The notes beneath the pieces were generated by a model that saw only the letters and a list, made by a program, of their open reading frames with translations, was not told the origin of the DNA and searched no databases. A DNA stretch of 59,001 nt, counting the filler. It is 4 parts of 4 records of this genome, joined end to end, with 100 filler letters (N's around TTAATTAATTAA, not from the genome) between each part and the next. Parts side by side here need not be neighbours in the genome. Positions count along the whole stretch, not along the records: positions 25,266 to 39,481 come from SRR2962707_4749; positions 39,582 to 51,150 come from SRR2962707_4752; 2 more parts are not named here. One strand, 5' to 3'. A program made the position numbers and the translations under genes. Positions 38,092 to 47,994 of the stretch are shown here, piece after piece (position 1 is the stretch's first letter; every line of letters begins with the position of its first letter).

Positions 38092-39285
38092 GTGAATCAC
38101 GCCAGCGACCTGATCCTTATCGGTAGCACCCTGCTGCTGGCACTCGCTGCGCACGCCGTGGGCCAGAAGGTACACGTGCCCCGGGTGACCCTGCTGCTGT
38201 TGCTGGGCGCCCTGGCTGGACCGGATCTTCTTGACCTGCTGCCGGATAACGCAGACCAGAGCTTCAGCCTGATTACCCAGTTAACCCTGGCGATGGTGGG
38301 GTTTCTGCTGGGTGAACGGATGTCGGCACCGGATCTCAGGCAGGGAAAAGAAGCGCTGATTGTCAGCCTGGCCGTCACGTTGCTGACCGCCATGGCCGTC
38401 ATCCTGGCGGTCTGGGCCGTAACCGGCAACCTGCCGGCAGCTCTGCTGCTGGGCGGCATCGCCACCGCCACGGCACCGGCAGCGACCCTGGATGTCCTGC
38501 GCGAAGCGGGCGCCAACGGTCCGCTCACCCGGCTGGTGTTTCAGGTGGTCGCCATCGACGATGCCTGGGGCGCCATACTGTTCAGTGTTCTGTTGGTGGC
38601 GGCCGGTCTGTTGCTGGGCAACGGCGACCTGAGCGGCCCCACGGCCATGTTGCACGGGCTCTGGGAAGTGGCAGGCTCGGTGCTGCTGGGTATGGTACTG
38701 GGGTTTCCCATGGCCTGGCTGACCGGGCGGCTACGGCCGGGTGAACCCATGCTGCTGGAATCCGCCGGGTTTGTCTTTGTCGCGGCGGGGCTGGCCAGCT
38801 GGTTTGGCCTGTCGTACCTGCTGACCTGCATGACTCTGGGCATTGTGGTGGCGAACCGAGCCCGACATCACGTTCGGCCGTTCCGTTCCATCGAAGGCAT
38901 TTCCGAGCCCTTCCTGGCACTGTTTTTCTTCATGGCCGGCTACCAGCTCGACTGGCTGGCGCTACCCACCCTCGGTGCGCTTGGCCTGGCCTATGTACTG
39001 GCCCGCATTGGCGGCCGGCTGGCCGGTGGTTACCTGGGCGGCCTGCTCGCCGGCTCCGCTCCGGAAACCCGGCAACGTATCGGTGCCTGCCTGATGCCCC
39101 AGGCCGGCGTTGCCCTGGGCCTCGCCCTGGTGGCCACCGAACGGCTGCCGGAGCTTGGCTACATTCTGCCTCTGGTGATTGGCGCTACGGTGGTATTCGA
39201 GTTGATCGGCCCGCCAATGACGCTGCTTCAGCTACGCAAGGCCGGTGAAACCGGACAGGGCTACCAGGAAGAGCCAGACCAATAA
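38092..39285 (+). CDS. Cation:proton antiporter (Na+/H+ exchanger family)
   Basis: About 12 TM helices; ATAPAAT, VAIDD and PQAGVALG. Confidence 0.88.
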   Translation: MNHASDLILIGSTLLLALAAHAVGQKVHVPRVTLLLLLGALAGPDLLDLLPDNADQSFSLITQLTLAMVGFLLGERMSAPDLRQGKEALIVSLAVTLLTAMAVILAVWAVTGNLPAALLLGGIATATAPAATLDVLREAGANGPLTRLVFQVVAIDDAWGAILFSVLLVAAGLLLGNGDLSGPTAMLHGLWEVAGSVLLGMVLGFPMAWLTGRLRPGEPMLLESAGFVFVAAGLASWFGLSYLLTCMTLGIVVANRARHHVRPFRSIEGISEPFLALFFFMAGYQLDWLALPTLGALGLAYVLARIGGRLAGGYLGGLLAGSAPETRQRIGACLMPQAGVALGLALVATERLPELGYILPLVIGATVVFELIGPPMTLLQLRKAGETGQGYQEEPDQ

Positions 39286-39286
39286 A

Positions 39287-39317
39287 AAACCCGGTGAGCT
39301 TCAAGCGCACCGGGTTT
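39287..39317. terminator. Bidirectional terminator
   Basis: AAACCCGGTG...CACCGGGTTT stem with a T run on the minus strand, between convergent genes. Confidence 0.75.
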
Positions 39318-39360
39318 CGGGGATTCATGCCGGGCCCGTGGCCCGGCTGAAACACTGGCC

Positions 39361-39480
39361 TTACTTCACGGAATCCCGTGCCTCGGCCAGGATCTTGTTG
39401 AACGTGGCGCTCGGCTGCATAACCTCGCACACCTTCTCCATGGGCGGGTGGTAGTAACCACCGATATCGGCCGGATGGCC
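39361..39480 (-). CDS. icd: Monomeric NADP-dependent isocitrate dehydrogenase, C-terminal fragment
   Basis: Manual translation GHPADIGGYYHPPMEKVCEVMQPSATFNKILAEARDSVK* matches the DIGGYY...PSATFN C-terminus; not in the ORF track. Confidence 0.85.
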   Translation of the reverse strand, partial: GHPADIGGYYHPPMEKVCEVMQPSATFNKILAEARDSVK

Positions 39481-39481
39481 C

Positions 39482-39581
39482 NNNNNNNNNNNNNNNNNNN
39501 NNNNNNNNNNNNNNNNNNNNNNNNNTTAATTAATTAANNNNNNNNNNNNNNNNNNNNNNNNNNNNNNNNNNNNNNNNNNNN
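39482..39581. other. Artificial contig spacer
   Basis: 44 N + TTAATTAATTAA + 44 N. Confidence 0.98.
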
Positions 39582-40054
39582 TGGCGATCTGACGTTAACC
39601 AATGCGACCGCCACCCTCAGCGGTTCCGGCACCAGCTACACCGCCGTGCTGACCCCGTCATCGGATGGCGAGGTCAAGCTGTCGGTCGCCGCAGGCACCT
39701 TCACGGATGGGGCGGGCAATGCCAATGCTGTCTCGAACGAGGTGACCATCGGCTATGACAGCACCGCGCCGACGGTCAGCATCGGGGCGTTCACCGGTGC
39801 TGCAAACGGTACCAAGACGGCGGTGATCACCCTGTCCGAGGCCAGCACCGATTTCGCTGTTGGCGATCTGACGTTAACCAATGCGGCGGCAACCCTGACG
39901 GGGTCCGGCACCAGCTATACTGCGGTATTGACGCCATCGTCGGATGGCGAGGTCAAGCTGTCGGTCGCTGCGGCCACCTTTACCGATGGGGCGAGCAATG
40001 CCAATGCCGCCTCGAACGAGGTCACAACCACCTATGACGCCAGCGCGCCCTCCG
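39582..40054 (+). repeat. Intragenic tandem repeat with 279-bp (93-aa) period
   Basis: TGGCGATCTGACGTTAACCAATGCG at 39582 and 39861; CGGATGGCGAGGTCAAGCTGTCGGTCGC also recurs 279 bp apart. Confidence 0.9.
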
Positions 40055-41259
40055 TCAGCCTTTCGACCAGCGCCACCTCGGTTTCCGGTGCAGAGACCAT
40101 CAACGTTGTGGTAACCTTTTCCGAGGCCGTCACAGGCTTTGAGGCCAGCGATATTGCCGTGACGAACGGGTCCGTCAGCACCGTCACAGGCAGCGGCGCG
40201 GCGTATGTCGCGCAGATCATGGCGACGGGGAACGGGAATACCACGGTCTCTGTTCCTGCGGCGGCCGCGACCGACAGCGCTGGCAATAGCAGTACGGCGT
40301 CAAACACGGTCACCATTCAAAACGCGACCGTGGAGAAGACCCAAAAGGCGATCACGCAGTTCATCCAATCGCGCGCCACTCAGTTGGTCTCCAGCCAACC
40401 CAACCTCTCCCGTTTTCTATCCGGCGGTGGCGGGTCTGGCGGATTTGACATGGCCGTGACGCAGGCGGGGGGCAATTTCCATTTCGTCAGCTCCCCTGAC
40501 ACCAATAACGGTCTTTGGCTGCGGCTGAACGGCACCTGGACCAACGAAAACACCAGCAAAACCGAGTATTTTTTCGGCGCTCTTGGCCGTCACATCACGG
40601 TTTCGCCCAACCTTCTGATCGGCGGCATGGTGGAATTCGACCATGTGCGCCAAGAGGATGGCGTTTCAACGCTGGACGGCCAGGGCTGGTTGGCCGGGCT
40701 TTATATGGTGACCCGTGTCCCGAACCATCCGCTGTTTATCGACGGGCGGCTTTTGTACGGGCAAACGACCAACGATGTGTCGCCACTGGGCACCTATACG
40801 GACCGCTTCGATACGGAGCGTTGGCTGGCGCAGGTCAACGTGTCCGGCGAACTTGAGTATGGCGCGACGACGCTGATCCCGTCGGTGCAGGTTAGCTATA
40901 CAACGGATGATCAGGCCGCCTACACCGACGCCCTTGGCAACCTGATCCCGTCGCAGGGCGTCGAGATCTGGCAGGCGGCCATCGGCATCGATTTCAGCCA
41001 CCAGGTCGCGCTGCAAAACAGCGATACCTCACTGGAACTGACCGGCGGGATTGCTGCGATCGGATCATCGACCCGCGGTACCGGCAATGCGGCCAGCGTT
41101 GCCACATCCTATGACGGCACACGCGCCAGACTGAAGATGGGTGCGAACTACACCATGGAAAACGGGGCCAGACTGAGCGTGGATACGTTTTATGACGGCA
41201 TCGGTGTCGCTGACTATGAAAGCTACAGCCTGCAGCTCGGCTTTAACTGGTCGTTTTGA
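39583..41259 (+). CDS. Ig-like repeat adhesin with C-terminal autotransporter beta-barrel; 5' end missing
   Basis: Thr/Ser/Ala-rich Ig-like repeats (TFSEAVTGF, TDGAGN, DSTAPTV); amphipathic barrel ending LGFNWSF. Confidence 0.85.
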   Translation, partial: GDLTLTNATATLSGSGTSYTAVLTPSSDGEVKLSVAAGTFTDGAGNANAVSNEVTIGYDSTAPTVSIGAFTGAANGTKTAVITLSEASTDFAVGDLTLTNAAATLTGSGTSYTAVLTPSSDGEVKLSVAAATFTDGASNANAASNEVTTTYDASAPSVSLSTSATSVSGAETINVVVTFSEAVTGFEASDIAVTNGSVSTVTGSGAAYVAQIMATGNGNTTVSVPAAAATDSAGNSSTASNTVTIQNATVEKTQKAITQFIQSRATQLVSSQPNLSRFLSGGGGSGGFDMAVTQAGGNFHFVSSPDTNNGLWLRLNGTWTNENTSKTEYFFGALGRHITVSPNLLIGGMVEFDHVRQEDGVSTLDGQGWLAGLYMVTRVPNHPLFIDGRLLYGQTTNDVSPLGTYTDRFDTERWLAQVNVSGELEYGATTLIPSVQVSYTTDDQAAYTDALGNLIPSQGVEIWQAAIGIDFSHQVALQNSDTSLELTGGIAAIGSSTRGTGNAASVATSYDGTRARLKMGANYTMENGARLSVDTFYDGIGVADYESYSLQLGFNWSF

Positions 41260-41467
41260 CTGCGGCTTGCTGTGTTTGACGGAGAGTTTAGCGAGGGCTG
41301 AATGGAACTTGTGGAAAGCAGGCATTCAATGGCTGCCGCCCAGAAGCGCGGTGCGTGATTTGCATATGCTGCGACCGCGAGGGTTCCGAGTTTTGTAAAA
41401 GCTGCTGCATTAGTACAATGCGCGGCATTTAAGTTTCTCAAATACCAATCAGCCCCGCTGGTCGAAA

Positions 41468-41755
41468 TTAACGTGCCGATAGGTAATCGGCTGAGACGTA
41501 GCCGCTAATCTTCGGCGCGTCAGCGAGCGAGACGCGACACCACAGCTGGCCTACTTCAGTTACGCAGTCTCGGCGATTGAGCGAGGTTCCTTCAGGCAGG
41601 CCCAAGATCACTTTAAAGCCAAGCCCTGGACCTGCCCGCAGCTTCAGCAGTTCGACCGGTCCAGTGCCTACGACCAAAGTGCGGTCAGAGGCAAAGTTGC
41701 CACAACTTGAGATGAGCATGAAAGCTAGAATAAGGGGAATGGTTCTTCGGTGCAT
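41468..41755 (-). CDS. Small exported bacterial SH3-domain protein
   Basis: LKLRAGPG, WCRV and GYVSADYL; signal peptide or lipobox (ISS-C). Confidence 0.85.
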   Translation of the reverse strand: MHRRTIPLILAFMLISSCGNFASDRTLVVGTGPVELLKLRAGPGLGFKVILGLPEGTSLNRRDCVTEVGQLWCRVSLADAPKISGYVSADYLSAR

Positions 41756-41948
41756 AATCTGACCTCGTTGGCTTCCGTATCAATAGACCGAAATCAGACC
41801 AACGCCTAGTGACCTTCTCCGCACAGCTACTTCGCCGCGCCAAGCTCAACAGCATGTCGCCATTCTCGTCCCCAAACTACCGTCCGAGTTCCGCTTTCCT
41901 TGCGCAACACCTGACACCAATAGTCGCTTACAGGACCTCAATGCCAGA

Positions 41949-42344
41949 TCAATCGCACATTATGGCCGTCGCCTCGATCTCCACTTTGAACTCCTCGCGG
42001 GTGAAGCCGCTCACGATAAGCAGCGTGGAGGCAGGGCGGATCGCGACGCCGGCCAACCACTCATCACGCACAGCCATATAGTCGGTGAAAAAGGCACGGT
42101 CGGTGACAAAGGCGCTGAGCCGGATAATATCAGCGCGGCCACAGCCCGCCTCGTGCAGGATCCCGTCGATGTTGGCAAAGCACTGTTCAGCCTGCTTGCG
42201 CACGTCCGCAGAACAGCTTCCGTCAGGGGCAAGCCCAAGCTGCCCTGAAGTGACAACCAAACAGGACACAGGGCCGGTTTTGATTCCGTGGCTATAATCA
42301 CCAAACGGCGGCGCGAGGGTGGTCGGATTTAGGGCTGTGGTCAT
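41949..42344 (-). CDS. RidA/YjgF-family protein
   Basis: YSHG, SGQLG, VRDEW, PASTL and VEIEA. Confidence 0.9.
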   Translation of the reverse strand: MTTALNPTTLAPPFGDYSHGIKTGPVSCLVVTSGQLGLAPDGSCSADVRKQAEQCFANIDGILHEAGCGRADIIRLSAFVTDRAFFTDYMAVRDEWLAGVAIRPASTLLIVSGFTREEFKVEIEATAIMCD

Positions 42345-42449
42345 GATTGGGAATGCCTTTTCGCGCCAATTTCGAGTCGTCGTGTGATGCCATAAATGGC
42401 TAACACACGTATAGCGCGCACCTAAAACAGAGCGGATTTAAGTTGTTTT

Positions 42450-42466
42450 TGCCCATTACTTGGGCA
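42450..42466. promoter_or_regulatory. NtrC-like binding site
   Basis: TGCCC-ATTACTT-GGGCA, a 17-bp inverted repeat fitting TGC(A/C)C-N7-G(T/G)GCA. Confidence 0.6.
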
Positions 42467-42594
42467 GCTCGATGAGCAACGCGTAAAATTTAACCCAAAT
42501 GGCTCATGACTTTATGAAACCTGTCGATCCTTCTGTGCGTCCCATGTGGGCAACACACTAACGTCGTCTTTGGAATTCACCCTAGGAGACTTTT

Positions 42595-43590
42595 ATGACC
42601 CTCAAGCAATCCGTTGCCTTCGCAACGCTGGCCGCCGTGACCGCAAGCACCGCGATGGCCCAAGACCTTACGCCTGTTTCATTCGGCACCAACTGGTTGG
42701 CCCAAGCCGAGCACGGTGGATTTTATCAATCCGTAGCAGATGGCACCTATGCGGAATGCGGTCTGGACGTCACAATCGTGCCCGGTGGCCCGCAGGTAAA
42801 TAACCGCGCGATGATGTTGGCGGGGCGCATTGATTACCACATGGGTGGCGATCTGTTGCAGGCCTTTACGGCCGCCAAAGAAGGCATTCCTGTCGTTGCT
42901 GTGATGGCGACATTCCAAAAACACCCGCAGGTGATCATTTCCCATCCAGGTCAGGCGGAGACATTCGAAGACCTCAAGGGTTTGACGTTGTTGATCGGCG
43001 ACAACGGATTTGCATCCTACTATCAATGGATGATTGCGGAATACGGCTTCACGGTTGAACAGCGCGAACCCTATACCTTTAACCCCGCGCCCTTTGTCGC
43101 GGACAAAGGGATGGCGATGCAGGGCTTCCTGTCTTCCGAACCCTATGTGATCGAAAAGGAGGCCGGATTTGTTCCTGATATCTTCTTGATCGCTGATGCC
43201 GGATATTCAACCTACGCCACGACCGTCGAAGCGATGGCCGATACGATCGCCGACCACCCCGAACAGGTTGCGTGCTTTGTCGATGGGTCGATCAAGGGGT
43301 GGTACAACTACCTGTACAACGATCACTCCGCAGCCGACGCGATGATCACCGCAGCCAACCCTGACATGACGCAGGACAAGATCGACTTCGCCATTTCGAA
43401 GATGCTCTCAGAGGGGATCGTCGACAGCGGCGACGCGCTTGAGCTTGGGATCGGGGCGATGACGGAGGCGAAGATCGGCGACTTCTACGGCAAGATGGTC
43501 GAGGCCGGCGTCATCGAAGGCGATCTGGATTATTCGTCCGCCTATAACACTAAATTCGTCAACGCGAAGGTTGGAATGGACCTTCGTTAA
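42595..43590 (+). CDS. ABC substrate-binding protein, NMT1/THI5-like
   Basis: Signal peptide (…TAMA-Q); TNWLAQAEHGGFYQ, GGPQVN and SSEP; AGGAG RBS. Confidence 0.9.
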   Translation: MTLKQSVAFATLAAVTASTAMAQDLTPVSFGTNWLAQAEHGGFYQSVADGTYAECGLDVTIVPGGPQVNNRAMMLAGRIDYHMGGDLLQAFTAAKEGIPVVAVMATFQKHPQVIISHPGQAETFEDLKGLTLLIGDNGFASYYQWMIAEYGFTVEQREPYTFNPAPFVADKGMAMQGFLSSEPYVIEKEAGFVPDIFLIADAGYSTYATTVEAMADTIADHPEQVACFVDGSIKGWYNYLYNDHSAADAMITAANPDMTQDKIDFAISKMLSEGIVDSGDALELGIGAMTEAKIGDFYGKMVEAGVIEGDLDYSSAYNTKFVNAKVGMDLR

Positions 43591-43608
43591 ACCACGTCCG
43601 AATTGACT

Positions 43609-43636
43609 GACAGGGGCGACATCCTTCGCCCCTGTC
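43609..43636 (+). other. Intercistronic stem-loop after the SBP gene
   Basis: Perfect 11-bp stem GACAGGGGCGA / TCGCCCCTGTC. Confidence 0.65.
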
Positions 43637-43656
43637 GCTGCCCAAGAAAGCCTCAA

Positions 43657-44463
43657 ATGTCCAATACTTCTTCAATTCCACCCATGGGGCAGCGTGACGA
43701 GCTGTTGCAGATGTCCAACGTCGACAAGGTTTTTAACGGCAACGTCGAGGCCCTCAAGGACCTGAACCTGACCGTAAACCAAGGAGATTTCATATCATTG
43801 CTTGGGCCATCGGGTTGCGGGAAATCCACTGCGCTGCGCCTGATCGCGGGCTTGATACGCCAGACGTCGGGGCAGATCATATGGAACGGCGGGTTGAACG
43901 AAGGCGATCTTGGCGTTGTGTTTCAAGAACCCACGCTGATGCCTTGGGCGACTGTCGAACAAAACGTCTGGTTGCCGCATCGCTTGCGCGGCAAATCGAT
44001 GGACGATGTGCGCGGTGATATTATGTGGGCGCTTAAAATGGTGGGGCTGGAGAACTTTCAGAAATCCTATCCGCGCGAATTATCGGGCGGTATGAAGATG
44101 CGGGTTTCGATTGCCCGCGCACTCGTCACGCAACCGCGGCTGATCCTTATGGACGAACCCTTTGCGGCGCTTGATGAAATCACCCGTCACAAGCTTAATA
44201 ACGATTTGCTGATGCTGCGCGACAAGCTCAAATGCACCGTCATTTTCGTCACCCACTCTGTGTTTGAATCGGTGTTCCTGTCGGATCGGATCGTCGTGAT
44301 GGCAGCGCGGCCCGGTCGGGTGTCCGCCGAAGTCACCGTCGATGCGCCATACCCGCGCACCGAAGAATTCCGCACATCTGCTGATTATGCGGACCTGTGC
44401 CGCAAAGCATCCGACGCCCTGCACGGCGCGATGAACCAACATGGCGAAAGGGCATCAGCATGA
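43657..44463 (+). CDS. ABC ATPase (NitT/TauT family)
   Basis: [26 protein letters not shown] and FVTH. Confidence 0.92.
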   Translation: MSNTSSIPPMGQRDELLQMSNVDKVFNGNVEALKDLNLTVNQGDFISLLGPSGCGKSTALRLIAGLIRQTSGQIIWNGGLNEGDLGVVFQEPTLMPWATVEQNVWLPHRLRGKSMDDVRGDIMWALKMVGLENFQKSYPRELSGGMKMRVSIARALVTQPRLILMDEPFAALDEITRHKLNNDLLMLRDKLKCTVIFVTHSVFESVFLSDRIVVMAARPGRVSAEVTVDAPYPRTEEFRTSADYADLCRKASDALHGAMNQHGERASA

Positions 44464-45311
44464 GCGTGTCAGATATGCAGCCCCCCGTCGTGGACCTTGA
44501 AGAACAGCAATTCGCGCGCGCAAAACGGCGTGAAAACGTCGCAAAATGGGCCTTGCCCGCGATTATGCTGTTTCTGGCGATCTTTTTTTGGGACCGAATT
44601 GTCGTATGGAATGACATTCCCCACTATATTCTGCCGCGTCCCGGTCTGGTGATGCAGACGCTCACCGCAGATTGGGCGATGTTGTCAGACGCACTTTGGG
44701 TGACGCTCAAAATCACGCTTATGGCGCTTGGTGTTGCTGTTGTTGGTGGTGTCGGGCTTGCGGTGCTGTTCACGCAGTCGCGCTATTTCGAAATGGCGTT
44801 CTATCCCTTTGCCGTGATTTTGCAGGTTACGCCTGTCGTCGCGATTGCGCCGCTGATCTTTATCTACGTCGACAACCGCCTTGCCGGATTGCTGTTGTGT
44901 GCTTGGATCGTGGCGTTCTTTCCGATCCTTTCCAACACGACACTTGGCCTTAATTCCACCGATCACAACCTGCGCGACCTTTATAAAATTTACGGTGCCA
45001 CACGCTGGCAACGTTTGCGGTATCTGCAATTGCCAACGGCCCTGCCCTACTTTCTTGGCGGGCTACGGATCGCGGGCGGGCTGTCATTGATTGGGGCGGT
45101 TGTGGCTGAATATGTCGCCGGAACCGGTGGCATCGGGTCAGGCCTTGCGTTCCGCATCCTTGAGGCGGGGTATCGTCTTAATATTCCACGTATGTTCGCG
45201 GCGCTTTTGCTGATCGCCGTCACCGGGGTCGTGATTTTCACACTGGCCTCACTACTCAGCCACGCGCTTTTACACAAATGGCACGAAAGTGCCATCAAAC
45301 GGGAGAATTAA
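44460..45311 (+). CDS. ABC permease (NitT/TauT family)
   Basis: QVTPVVAIAPL, FFPILSNT and GAVVAEY. Confidence 0.92.
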   Translation: MSVSDMQPPVVDLEEQQFARAKRRENVAKWALPAIMLFLAIFFWDRIVVWNDIPHYILPRPGLVMQTLTADWAMLSDALWVTLKITLMALGVAVVGGVGLAVLFTQSRYFEMAFYPFAVILQVTPVVAIAPLIFIYVDNRLAGLLLCAWIVAFFPILSNTTLGLNSTDHNLRDLYKIYGATRWQRLRYLQLPTALPYFLGGLRIAGGLSLIGAVVAEYVAGTGGIGSGLAFRILEAGYRLNIPRMFAALLLIAVTGVVIFTLASLLSHALLHKWHESAIKREN

Positions 45312-46591
45312 TGGAATTTTGCGTTTTGCCCAGCGGCGCGAAGACACTTCGAAATGTCACCATACCGGCCTGTCTTATCGGTCAAAACGGTGATCTAATA
45401 ACCACTGACCTCACCATCAAAGATGGTATGATTACATCAACGGACGCTGGGCAACCGGCCGAAACTGTAATCGAAATGAACGGCGCAATGGCCTTGCCAT
45501 GCTTTGTCGATATGCACACGCATCTGGACAAAGGGCATATCTGGCCGCGCGCGTCCAACCCTGACGGGTCGTTCATGGGGGCGTTGACGACAGTACGCGA
45601 AGACCATGCAAACTGGACCGCGGCAGACGTAGAGGCACGGATGGATTTCGGCTTGCGGTGCGCCTATGCTTACGGCACCAAGGCCATTCGCACCCATATC
45701 GACAGCGCCGATGAGCTTGCAGTGTCGTCCTTTGGCGTGGTGGCGAAACTACAGAAAAAATGGGCGGGCAAGGTCGCATTGCAGGCGTCATGTCTGGTCG
45801 CCATTGACCGTGTGTTCCGCGACAAGGACATCTTTCACGAGGTTGCCAAACTTGTCGCAGATACGGGGAATGTCCTGGGCGCAGTGACCTATCCGGTGCC
45901 CGACTTGCAAGACCGCCTTAACGACTTTTTCCACTTCGCACAAAAATATGACCTCGACGTGGATTTTCACGTGGACGAAACCAACGACCCGACTTCAGAC
46001 ACCCTGCGTACAATCGCTGAAACGGTGCTTGGACTTGGGTTCAAAAACAAGGTCACCGTGGGGCATTGCTGTTCGATTTCTGTGATGCCTGATGACGTCG
46101 CAGCCGAGATAATCGCGCTCGTCGCCAAGGCAGGGTTGCATGTCGTGTCCCTGCCGATGTGCAACATGTACCTGCAAGACCGCGAAGCCGGTCGCACCCC
46201 GCGCTGGCGCGGCGTCACGATGGCGCATGAATTAAAGGCGGCAGGCGTCAACGTATCGTTTGCTTCCGACAACACCCGCGACCCTTTCTATGCCTATGGT
46301 GATCTCGACATGATCGAAGTCATGCGCGAAGCCACGCGGATTTGCCACCTAGATCACGGGCGAACCGATTGGCCCACGTCTTTTGTCACCAATCCAGCAC
46401 GTGCCTGCGGCTTCGAAACGCCAAGCCTGAAGGCTGGCACACCCGCCGATCTGATCCTGTGCAGTGCACGCACATGGACCGAGTTTTTCTCTCGTCCTCA
46501 GTCGGATCGCATCGTTTTGCGAAACGGTGATCCGATCGACCGCACCCTACCGTCCTATACAGAACTCGACATGATTGTGAGCAAGCCATGA
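45311..46591 (+). CDS. Cytosine deaminase-like amidohydrolase (possible pterin deaminase)
   Basis: DMHTHLDKGH, RTHID, FHVDE, GHCC and SDNTRDPF metal-site motifs. Confidence 0.85.
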   Translation: MEFCVLPSGAKTLRNVTIPACLIGQNGDLITTDLTIKDGMITSTDAGQPAETVIEMNGAMALPCFVDMHTHLDKGHIWPRASNPDGSFMGALTTVREDHANWTAADVEARMDFGLRCAYAYGTKAIRTHIDSADELAVSSFGVVAKLQKKWAGKVALQASCLVAIDRVFRDKDIFHEVAKLVADTGNVLGAVTYPVPDLQDRLNDFFHFAQKYDLDVDFHVDETNDPTSDTLRTIAETVLGLGFKNKVTVGHCCSISVMPDDVAAEIIALVAKAGLHVVSLPMCNMYLQDREAGRTPRWRGVTMAHELKAAGVNVSFASDNTRDPFYAYGDLDMIEVMREATRICHLDHGRTDWPTSFVTNPARACGFETPSLKAGTPADLILCSARTWTEFFSRPQSDRIVLRNGDPIDRTLPSYTELDMIVSKP

Positions 46592-47994
46592 CCCCCAATA
46601 TCGCCGACGCTAAAGCCGAACTGTCCCATCTGGATATGGAACAAAACCCTGCGACCGTGCGGAACAAGTCGCGTGATTTCTTCTGGTACTCACCGGTGTT
46701 GAAGGATGCGATGGATCACCTTGAAGCCGACTTTGTGATCAACGCAAAATCCGAAGACGAGATCATCGAGATTTTGCGTGTCTGTTACGCCCACGATGTC
46801 CCCGTGACCATGCGCGGCGGTGGCACAGGCAACTATGGCCAAGCCATGCCGCTTGCGGGGGGCTGCGTGATCCATGTCGCAAAAATGAACAAGGTCAAGG
46901 AAATCGGCGCGGGCTACGTCGTGGTCGAACCCGGTGCAGTGATCAAAGAGCTCGACGAGGAACTGAAAGAGAAAAGCGGCCAAGAATTGCGGATGTTTCC
47001 ATCGACCTATTCGCAGGCGACCATCGGTGGGTTTATCGCTGGCGGTTCGGGGGGGTGCGGCTCTGCTACTTGGGGTGCGTTGCGTGATATCGGCAACATC
47101 AAGCGCCTGCGCGTCGTCACGATGGAGGCTGAACCACGGGTTCTGGAATTCACCGGCGAAGAGCTCCACCGTGTGTCTCATGCTTATGGCACCAACGGCA
47201 TCATCACTGAATTGGAACTGCCCTTAGCCCCCGCCTATGACTGGACGGAATTGTTCGTGCGGTTCGACACCTTCCGCGCGGCGACTGAGTTTGCAGGTGC
47301 CGCCACCGCCGAGCCCGGAATTTTGGTTAAGCTCGCGTCGGTTTACGCGGCCCCCATTGCGCATGCCTACTTTCAACGGGTCAAACCCCATGTCACCGAA
47401 GACGACCATCTGGTCGGTCTGATGGTCGCGCCTCACAATATGGACGGGTTGGTGACTTTGCTCGAACGCTTTGCCGGTGGCAATGTGATCTATCGTTCTG
47501 ACGACGTCACATGGGACCGCCATCCCGGTCCCATGTATGAATTCGGCTGGAATCACACGACATTGCGGGCAATGAAGTTCAACAAGGGCCTGACCTATTT
47601 GCAGGTCCGCTATGGTAGCGACATTGAAAAAGTCATGGCCGCCTACGAGACCTTTAAGGGCAAGCTACACATGCACCTTGAGGTGATGCGCGACGGTGCG
47701 GGAATTTCGTTTGCCGGGCTGCCAATTGTGGAACCGATGGACAAATACGCGCTTGATCAACTGGTCGCAGAGCATGAGGCGATGGATTGCATGATCTTCA
47801 ACCCGCATCGTTACACGCTTGAAGAAGGCGGGCGGCAATCTACGGATATGCGCCAGCTTGATTTCAAACGCGAATCCGACCCCAAGGGGCTTCTTAATCC
47901 CGGCAAGATGATTGCGTGGGACGAACCGGATTTCGATTACGCTGATATGTATTCGTACAAAAACATCCGCGCCAAGCCAGAGGCCGCCGAATGA
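46588..47994 (+). CDS. FAD-binding oxidoreductase (VAO/PCMH fold)
   Basis: RGGGTGNYGQ, ATIGGFIAGG, HAYGTNGII and DPKGLLNPGK. Confidence 0.9.
   Translation: MTPNIADAKAELSHLDMEQNPATVRNKSRDFFWYSPVLKDAMDHLEADFVINAKSEDEIIEILRVCYAHDVPVTMRGGGTGNYGQAMPLAGGCVIHVAKMNKVKEIGAGYVVVEPGAVIKELDEELKEKSGQELRMFPSTYSQATIGGFIAGGSGGCGSATWGALRDIGNIKRLRVVTMEAEPRVLEFTGEELHRVSHAYGTNGIITELELPLAPAYDWTELFVRFDTFRAATEFAGAATAEPGILVKLASVYAAPIAHAYFQRVKPHVTEDDHLVGLMVAPHNMDGLVTLLERFAGGNVIYRSDDVTWDRHPGPMYEFGWNHTTLRAMKFNKGLTYLQVRYGSDIEKVMAAYETFKGKLHMHLEVMRDGAGISFAGLPIVEPMDKYALDQLVAEHEAMDCMIFNPHRYTLEEGGRQSTDMRQLDFKRESDPKGLLNPGKMIAWDEPDFDYADMYSYKNIRAKPEAAE

Noticed and set aside
39361-39646. Linkage of icd to the adhesin, or of the sugar ABC genes to the phosphorelay
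   Set aside because: Separated by contig spacers and probably from different organisms
41260-41467. Possible sRNA or repeat element in intergenic DNA (also 5006-5195 and 50926-51120)
   Set aside because: No convincing structure, promoter-terminator pair or second copy within the window
42345-42594. TPP riboswitch upstream of the NMT1/THI5-like SBP
   Set aside because: No CUGAGA or other conserved aptamer elements visible
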